Source of the DNA: an uncultured candidate division Zixibacteria bacterium
Lineage (GTDB): Bacteria > Zixibacteria > MSB-5A5 > UBA10806 > 4484-95
Direction of reading: 5' to 3'
NCBI GenBank assembly: GCA_963668625.2
Contig: CAXXKA010000010.1
Location: forward strand, 352,001 to 416,000
DNA length: 64,000 nucleotides
This document shows, piece after piece, positions 57,912-64,000 of this stretch (position 1 is its first letter; each line of letters opens with the position of its first letter). The notes beneath the pieces were generated by a model that did no database searches, was not told where the DNA came from, and saw only the letters and a list, made by a program, of their open reading frames with translations. Made by a program: the position numbers and the translations under genes.

Positions 57912-58547
57912 ATGTGCAGACTGTTGTGTGTCAAAGCAGAAAAGGAGTTTTCCATCTCATACCATCTGCGAAAATTTGCCGAGATGGCAAAAACAAGCAG
58001 GGAGTATCAGGGGCATGGTTGGGGATGCGCTTATCTTCAAGACGGAGTTTGGAAGATTTATCATAGCATTATTCCTGTTTGGGAGGATGATTTTCGGAAA
58101 TTCACGAAAACGACTCTCCTGTTAACTCATGCAAGAAGCGCTTTTCAGAACAGAGGGATCAAAGTAGAAAACAATATGCCATTTTATGATGGTAAGTATG
58201 TATTCATTTTTAACGGCGAACTTCATGGAGTGAGAATTAATGAGTCGGGAAGAATTGGTGCTGAGAAACTATTTAACTTTATTAAAAGATTTGATGATGG
58301 TGATATGGGGGAGGCGCTTGAAACAGGGATTATTTGTCTTAAAGGAAAGGTCAAATATATCAAAGCGGCTAATATAATTATTGCCGCCGGAAAGCAAGTC
58401 TATTGGGCATCATTATTCAACGAAAATCCCGAATATTTTACTATGCATTGTAAAAAGAGTGGTAACCTGAAAATTATCGCATCCGCGCCATATGTGAACG
58501 ATAACAACTGGGTGAAAATTACTAAAGGATCAATAGGGGAGTTATAA
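57912..58547 (+). CDS. Class II glutamine amidotransferase-like (Ntn hydrolase; EgtC/YafJ/Dug3-like)
   Basis: N-terminal MCRLL (Cys nucleophile), HGWG, HARSA, N.MPF, F.FNG. Confidence 0.8.
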   Translation: MCRLLCVKAEKEFSISYHLRKFAEMAKTSREYQGHGWGCAYLQDGVWKIYHSIIPVWEDDFRKFTKTTLLLTHARSAFQNRGIKVENNMPFYDGKYVFIFNGELHGVRINESGRIGAEKLFNFIKRFDDGDMGEALETGIICLKGKVKYIKAANIIIAAGKQVYWASLFNENPEYFTMHCKKSGNLKIIASAPYVNDNNWVKITKGSIGEL

Positions 58548-59339
58548 ATGATTATTGTTAAAATCGGTGGTGGAGATAAAATAAATCTCCGGGGCATTAT
58601 TGAGGATTTAGCAGACTGCGATGAGCAATTTATAATTGTGCACGGTGCTAATCATTTAAGGGATAAAATAGCGGCTGATCTGAATATCGAGAAGAAAGTA
58701 CTGACCTCGATTTCAGGGTACAGCAGCGTTTATTCCGACAGTACCGCTCTCGATCTTCTGATGATGGCGTATGCTGGATTGAGAAATAAGCGAGTTGTAG
58801 AAATTTGTCATCAAAACGGTATTAATGCTATTGGGCTTTCCGGTTTGGATGGAAAAATCATCCAGGGACAAAGAAATAAAGGTATCAGGGTAAAAATGAA
58901 TTACAAGGTCAGAATTGTCCGAGATTTTTCAGGCAAACCCAGGCAGGTTAATTCTTCATTGCTGATGTTGCTTATGGATAACGGTTACGTACCGGTATTA
59001 AGCGTCCCAATAATTGATGAGCAAAATTTTGCTATCAATTCTGATAACGATGATATTGTCGCCTTACTGCAAAAGACCTGTAATGCTAGGAAGATTATCC
59101 ATTTAATAGAGGCTCCCGGCTTTCTGGATGATCCTGATGATGAAAGCAAGGTTGTAAAAAATATTACAAGAGAGGAGTTGAAAATGCGTGAAAAGCAGGC
59201 TGAGGGGCGGATGAAAAGGAAGATGCTTGCCATAAGAAAGCTATTCGAACACGGAACGCCAACTGTATACATATCGGATGGACGAACAGCTCATCCAATT
59301 AGCAGTGCTCTGGGGGGAGAAGGGACGATTATAGCATGA
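58548..59339 (+). CDS. lysZ: LysW-aminoadipate kinase (ArgB-like)
   Basis: VKIGG, VHGA, SGYSSVYSD, GLSGLDG, GRMKRK. Confidence 0.92.
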   Translation: MIIVKIGGGDKINLRGIIEDLADCDEQFIIVHGANHLRDKIAADLNIEKKVLTSISGYSSVYSDSTALDLLMMAYAGLRNKRVVEICHQNGINAIGLSGLDGKIIQGQRNKGIRVKMNYKVRIVRDFSGKPRQVNSSLLMLLMDNGYVPVLSVPIIDEQNFAINSDNDDIVALLQKTCNARKIIHLIEAPGFLDDPDDESKVVKNITREELKMREKQAEGRMKRKMLAIRKLFEHGTPTVYISDGRTAHPISSALGGEGTIIA

Positions 59340-60496
59340 CAGAATTCAATCGGGAAATAGATGATAATGAGCTTGATCTGTACCCTAAAAGAGATCTCGT
59401 GATTGTAAAGGGGAAAAACGCTATTGTCTGGGATGACCGGGGCAGGGAATACATAGATTGTGTAGCAGGACATGGAGTTGTCAACGTTGGACATTGTAAT
59501 GCACGAGTAGTGAAAGCAATACAAAATCAGGCGGAAAAACTTATCAGTTGTACGGGTATATTCGATAATGATTCAAAATCCAAACTCCTGAAAATGCTCG
59601 TAGATATCTCTCCAGCAAGCTTAAATAAGGCTTTCCTTTGTAATTCAGGAACTGAAAGTATAGAAGCGGCGATAAAATTCGCACGATATTCGACTCGTAA
59701 AACTGAATTTATCTGTGCCATGAGGGGATTTCATGGTAGAACGCTGGGGTCATTAAGCGCTACTTATAATCCGAAATATAGAAATGATTTCGAACCGTTG
59801 GTTCCTGGCTTTAAGTTTGTTCCATTCAATAATTTTGATAAAATTGAATCGGTAGTATCAAAAAATACTGCAGGAATTATACTTGAAATAATCCAGGGCG
59901 AGGGTGGTATTAATTTAGGAAATCATGAATATTTTACTCAAATAAGAAGAATGTGCGATGAAAAAGAAATTCTACTTATTATCGATGAGGTCCAAACTGG
60001 ATTTGGTAGGACGGGAAAGATGTTTGCCTGCGACCACTTCGGTTTGCAGCCCGATATATTGTGTTTAGCTAAGGCCATTGCCGGCGGAATGCCCATGGGG
60101 GCAGTCTTATGCTCAAATAAAATTACAGCTTCGAAAGGGAAACATGGTTCGACATTTGGCGGAAATCCTCTTGCCTGTGAAGCGGCTCTAGCTGCTATAA
60201 CATTTATTTTGGATAGTAATCTTGCAGATCAATCATTGGAAAAAGGCGACTATATATGTTCGCGGCTAAAAGAATTCAATCTTCAAGTTATTCGTGAGAT
60301 TAGACACAAGGGGCTTATGATCGGGATTGAACTGAAAGTAAAAGTAAAACCATTTATTACCAGATTAATGAAAAAGGGAATCCTGGTTTTACCTGCAGGG
60401 GCTACGGTTATAAGACTTTTGCCGCCACTAACTATAAGTTATGAGGAATTGGATAAGGTAATCAACGAACTATATGAGGTACTACGGCCGGTGTAA
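59336..60496 (+). CDS. lysJ: LysW-aminoadipate semialdehyde transaminase (ArgD-like)
   Basis: NSGTESIEAA, FHGRT, QGEGG, DEVQTG, LAKAIAGG, STFGGNP. Confidence 0.9.
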   Translation: MTEFNREIDDNELDLYPKRDLVIVKGKNAIVWDDRGREYIDCVAGHGVVNVGHCNARVVKAIQNQAEKLISCTGIFDNDSKSKLLKMLVDISPASLNKAFLCNSGTESIEAAIKFARYSTRKTEFICAMRGFHGRTLGSLSATYNPKYRNDFEPLVPGFKFVPFNNFDKIESVVSKNTAGIILEIIQGEGGINLGNHEYFTQIRRMCDEKEILLIIDEVQTGFGRTGKMFACDHFGLQPDILCLAKAIAGGMPMGAVLCSNKITASKGKHGSTFGGNPLACEAALAAITFILDSNLADQSLEKGDYICSRLKEFNLQVIREIRHKGLMIGIELKVKVKPFITRLMKKGILVLPAGATVIRLLPPLTISYEELDKVINELYEVLRPV

Positions 60497-60513
60497 CATC
60501 ATAATCGGTGTAG

Positions 60514-60792
60514 TACATTGGAGAAGGCATTTACTGTGTCAATATCGATGGCAATAATAACGATATCAGCGATATCTGCGAAGAGCAAGACACTTATGAT
60601 TACCTCCTCGGTGACGCCAACATGGCAGCCGGCTCGTCGCCGCCGAATGTAATCGGCGCGGATGTCACCTGCCTGGTACGATATTTCCGGGGCGCGAACG
60701 AATTACATTTCTGCCCGGATTATGAGCCAGCCTGGCAAAGCAGCGGTGATTTACCGTCCGAGGCTCCCTATGGTTGGCCGAACTGCGAATAG
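60514..60792 (+). pseudogene. 3' remnant of a dockerin-tailed gene
   Basis: 60601-60789 is nearly identical to 53711-54007 with a 108-bp in-frame deletion; no gene 5' end. Confidence 0.8.
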
Positions 60793-60864
60793 ACTCCTGA
60801 TTTGAGTAATTAAGCTCAGCTACTACTTCTTGAAAAGTGCTCTAACACTTTGACCTTGATTTAC

Positions 60865-60896
60865 TAAGGGCGGCTCTGCAAAGGGCCGCCTTATTT
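60865..60896 (+). terminator. Intrinsic terminator
   Basis: GGCGGCTC-tgcaaa-GGGCCGCC followed by TTATTT. Confidence 0.7.
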
Positions 60897-60907
60897 GTTG
60901 ATATTAA

Positions 60908-61034
60908 AAACCACCGGTTTACCCGGTGTGCCCGTTTGAGGCGAAGTATTTGCAGAAAGTTTTATTATCAACAGCGACGGCTGAGTCTCTCAATAGCGTC
61001 ATTATCCTATATTTGATAATACCTCGGAGGGGGT
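60908..61034. repeat. Non-coding element, copy 2 (copy 1 at 3713-3840)
   Basis: AAACCACCGGTTTACCCGGTGTG...CAGCGACGGCTGAG...CGGAGGGGGT. Confidence 0.6.
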
Positions 61035-61124
61035 AATCCAGTACGGCCTTTTCTTTTTATAAGACTATAATCTATTTCTATTAAGTTAGCTTATATGGAG
61101 GGTAAACAAAACGAAGCTTTTAGA

Positions 61125-61181
61125 ATACGGTGGGATTACAAAATTGGAGTTTTGTGGCCAGTATAGCCGGCTTAAGCCGAC
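61125..61181. repeat. ~55-bp palindromic repeat, copy 2
   Basis: TTACAAAATTGGAGTTTTGTGGCCAGTATAGCCGGCTTAAGCCG aligns to 31467-31522. Confidence 0.65.
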
Positions 61182-61304
61182 AGTAGTTTACAACTAATAT
61201 AACAACAATAAGTTAGGAAGCTATCCGAATTTGATTTCTAGCGCGAAATTAAAGATAATAATATCTCATTTCGCTTATTCTCAAAATAGCTAATAAAAAT
61301 ATAC

Positions 61305-61373
61305 TTGACAAATATTTTGTATCTATTATTATAGTACTGTTGTTGTTCAACGGAACACAGAAAACCACAACAG
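61305..61373 (+). promoter_or_regulatory. Promoter with adjacent inverted repeat
   Basis: TTGACA-16 bp-TATTAT, then CTGTTGTTGTT...AACCACAACAG. Confidence 0.5.
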
Positions 61374-61377
61374 GAAG

Positions 61378-62319
61378 TTGAAGATGAAAAAGCTCACATT
61401 AGTAAATAAAATAAAGCAATTAGGTTTCAGCGACTATGAAACGAAGTGTTATCTGGCGCTGTGTGAAAGATCATCGATGTCTGTGAGCGAGATTTCCAAG
61501 CTGGCGGAAATTCCTCGTTCGAACGCTTATGAAGCGTTAGAGAAGCTTCTAATGAAAGGAATGGTAGTTTCGATTCCGGGTAAGAACAAGAAATTCGCGG
61601 CCTCGGAACCAGAGACATTTGCTATGAAAGCACTGGATATATTTAACACGAGCGCTCAGGATGAGATGGCGGCGCTTGAGCGCAAAATAAAAGAACTTCA
61701 AGATATAAAATTAAAAGAGATCAATGAGAGAAAAGATGCTATCAAAGCAAATCTCAATAGTATTGTTGGAGAGCTTGACAGTCTGTATAAAAGCAATCGC
61801 GGTAACGATAACCCACTCGATTATATAAAGATACTCAAAGATCCGTATCAGGCGGACAGGCTGTTCCAGAAATATTTTAGCGAATGCAAAGAGGAGGCGT
61901 TCGGTATTGTCAAACAGAGAGTTCAGGTTTTTACGGACTCGGTTTTGACCAAGAAATTAAGGGAGCAGATCAAAGCAGGGGCGAAGAATATAAAAAGAGG
62001 AGTAAAAGTCAGAAGTCTTTACGAAATTTTCGATGATAACGAAAGCAACAAATTGCTCTGCAAAGAGTTGATAGATAAATTCGATGATGCCGGAGAGCAA
62101 GTTCGAGTCAAAGCCAGTTTACCGATGAGAATGGCGGTTTTCGATAATAAAATTGCGATTTTTACTTTGATCGATCCCCAGACCCAAAATGATAAGTCAT
62201 CAACCGTGCAGATCGTTAAACATCCCGTATTTGCACAGTCGTTTAAAATCATGTTTGATGCTCTGTGGGATGAGGCGGAAGAATATAGTGAATTCAAAAA
62301 TAGAATGAAAATAGATTAG
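61378..62319 (+). CDS. TrmB family transcriptional regulator (paralogue of 47226)
   Basis: LGFSDYETKCYLAL, AEIPRSNAYEAL, PLDYI..L, LPMRMAVFD, F..LW. Confidence 0.9.
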   Translation: MKMKKLTLVNKIKQLGFSDYETKCYLALCERSSMSVSEISKLAEIPRSNAYEALEKLLMKGMVVSIPGKNKKFAASEPETFAMKALDIFNTSAQDEMAALERKIKELQDIKLKEINERKDAIKANLNSIVGELDSLYKSNRGNDNPLDYIKILKDPYQADRLFQKYFSECKEEAFGIVKQRVQVFTDSVLTKKLREQIKAGAKNIKRGVKVRSLYEIFDDNESNKLLCKELIDKFDDAGEQVRVKASLPMRMAVFDNKIAIFTLIDPQTQNDKSSTVQIVKHPVFAQSFKIMFDALWDEAEEYSEFKNRMKID

Positions 62320-62465
62320 TGAAGGAGGTAGTAGAGCGCCAGATCTAATGAAATCTCAGATGTTGGCCGCCGGCAGATATCGCTATCTACCGGGCGACCA
62401 AGCGAAATACGATGGTGCACCGGGCTGTACACCAATCACGAAATAAGTATTAAGGAGAAGCGGTA

Positions 62466-64000
62466 ATGAAAATGCAAGCATTTAAATCAAGAATAATTAA
62501 ACATTTGGGCCTCACAATAATAATAGCCGTTATGCTAGTGGCATTTTCCGGTATGGCAAGCGCCGATGCAGGAGATGTCGTTTGGTCTAATATACAACAC
62601 TATGTTGATATGGAAACACCGGCTGGTGATACGGTTTTTTTCCGATGTGTCGCGATAGATGAAACTACCGATGGTGGAAGTGTAGTTGCCGGTTATGCCG
62701 AAGCGACCTCGGTTTATAATGATGATCTGGCTTATATTATCAGGCTGGATCAATATGGAGACACTCTCTGGGTCCGTCATTTTGGCAGAGCGGATTATCA
62801 TTATAAATCCAGAGCGGTTATTGTCGAGCCTGATGGTGGATTTATCCTGGTCGGTGATATACGATCCCCATATTATGAAATACCTCCCTCATACTCCGAA
62901 ACTGGTGTTTTTATGATGAAGATTAACGCCGATGGTGATAGTGTTTGGTTTGGCCGCTATAATGATATTCCCGGAAAATACTACTACAATGTCAGGAATG
63001 TTTGCAAAACCTCCGATGACGGATATGTTTTATTCGGCAATACGATTAGAAAGCAAGAAGGGGGAGATCTAACCATGTGGGATGGTTTCATAATTAAAAC
63101 CGATTCTGATGGTAATGAGGAATGGACCAGGCACTATGAGGGGCCAGCCGACGAAGAAGATCCCCGCTGGGACAGGACTCATATAGTAGCACTTGCAGGT
63201 GATATCGCCAATGACGGTACATATTTATTAACCGGCTCCCAACAGACGGTTTATAGTGAGAATGGTGATAGGCTTTGGATATATGACAACGCCCTGGTAA
63301 TGAATATAGACGCCAACGGTGATACCATCTCGACTTTCAAGTATGGCATACATGATCAGGTTAAGGATATATGCGCGACCGCAGAAGGCGGTTATTTAAT
63401 AGGATTGATAAATAGGGATGTGTTCAGTGATGATGTTGCCGAGTTTATCGATCAGGCAACGGTCGTAAATGTTGATAATGCGAATAACGAGATCTGGCAT
63501 TACGACGTGCTTATGGATTCCGGTATTGATTCGGGTTATGACACTTCGAGTGTCGCCCGGTCGGTTGCCGAGATACCAGGCGGCGGATATTTATTAGCAG
63601 GACAGAAATTATTTTTTATTGAAGATTCCAGTCATCTGATACCTGTACGTACTAGTCAGCTTTTCATATCGGTTTTCGATAATGATGGTTCTTTGAAATT
63701 CACACGCCTGTATGAAGATGAATTCGGTAATTCAACCTTAAGACCATTTATTCCTTTAGATGTCAAGATAAAAGCGAACGGAAATTACCTCGTATGTGGT
63801 ACGTTCGAGTATTATGAGACTGAAGAAAACAGACTCATTTATCCCGCCGAGGGAATTGTAGTGGAATTGGAAGCCAGCACTGTTGGCATCGAGGATAACC
63901 AAACTTCCCAATTGCCCGAGCAGATATCTCTCATGCAGAACTACCCCAATCCGTTCAACGCCACCACGCAAATACAGTTCTCCCTGAATACATCAGATGA
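62466..64000 (+). CDS. Secreted beta-propeller-like protein with FlgD-Ig/T9SS-like tail, 3'-truncated by window
   Basis: AAGGAG RBS, ATG 62466, signal peptide; repeated DGG/(D/N)xxGDxxW motifs; NYPNPFNATT near the window end; frame open to the end. Confidence 0.85.
   Translation, partial: MKMQAFKSRIIKHLGLTIIIAVMLVAFSGMASADAGDVVWSNIQHYVDMETPAGDTVFFRCVAIDETTDGGSVVAGYAEATSVYNDDLAYIIRLDQYGDTLWVRHFGRADYHYKSRAVIVEPDGGFILVGDIRSPYYEIPPSYSETGVFMMKINADGDSVWFGRYNDIPGKYYYNVRNVCKTSDDGYVLFGNTIRKQEGGDLTMWDGFIIKTDSDGNEEWTRHYEGPADEEDPRWDRTHIVALAGDIANDGTYLLTGSQQTVYSENGDRLWIYDNALVMNIDANGDTISTFKYGIHDQVKDICATAEGGYLIGLINRDVFSDDVAEFIDQATVVNVDNANNEIWHYDVLMDSGIDSGYDTSSVARSVAEIPGGGYLLAGQKLFFIEDSSHLIPVRTSQLFISVFDNDGSLKFTRLYEDEFGNSTLRPFIPLDVKIKANGNYLVCGTFEYYETEENRLIYPAEGIVVELEASTVGIEDNQTSQLPEQISLMQNYPNPFNATTQIQFSLNTSD

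Noticed and set aside
60601-60792. DGR template repeat for the 53711-54007 region
   Set aside because: The differences are not adenine-specific (C/T, G/C, A/G), there is a 108-bp deletion, and no reverse transcriptase is present in the window.
62330-62455. Riboswitch or small ORF (MKSQMLAAGRYRYLPGD...) between TrmB and the secreted gene
   Set aside because: The hairpins are imperfect and match no riboswitch I recognise. The SD is too far from the ATG, and the YLPGD similarity to dockerin starts is too short to trust.

Overview
Bacterial chromosomal window, probably from an FCB-related lineage such as candidate Zixibacteria. That assignment is an inference from the dockerin-tailed and FlgD-Ig/T9SS-like-tailed secreted proteins and the long SecA. 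Bases 1-39.4 kb are mostly housekeeping genes (secA, glnA, sugar-nucleotide genes, gmd, ispE-spoVG, cinA-pgpA-pgsA, mazG). They also hold several apparent pseudo-enzymes and an AT-rich islet where a 255-bp MITE (9-bp TSD) interrupts an HNH-like gene. After tRNA-Ser(GGA) at 39475-39563 the window is an accessory hotspot. The tRNA 3' end recurs at 46836 and 54249, each time behind a conserved ~165-bp arm with 10-bp-phased repeats and an IHF-consensus site, which delimits two ~7.3-kb cargo modules with no integrase. Module 1 is a truncated Rhs/metallopeptidase-like toxin array with three paralogous partner genes, two cohesin-like genes and an IS4. Module 2 is a TrmB regulator plus two related Cys-rich secreted proteins. 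Next is a LysW-type lysine operon with a putative attenuator; it lacks lysK and carries a class II glutamine amidotransferase-like (Ntn) gene instead. The window ends with a dockerin remnant and a second TrmB plus secreted-protein unit. All alignments were done by eye; no database searches were run.
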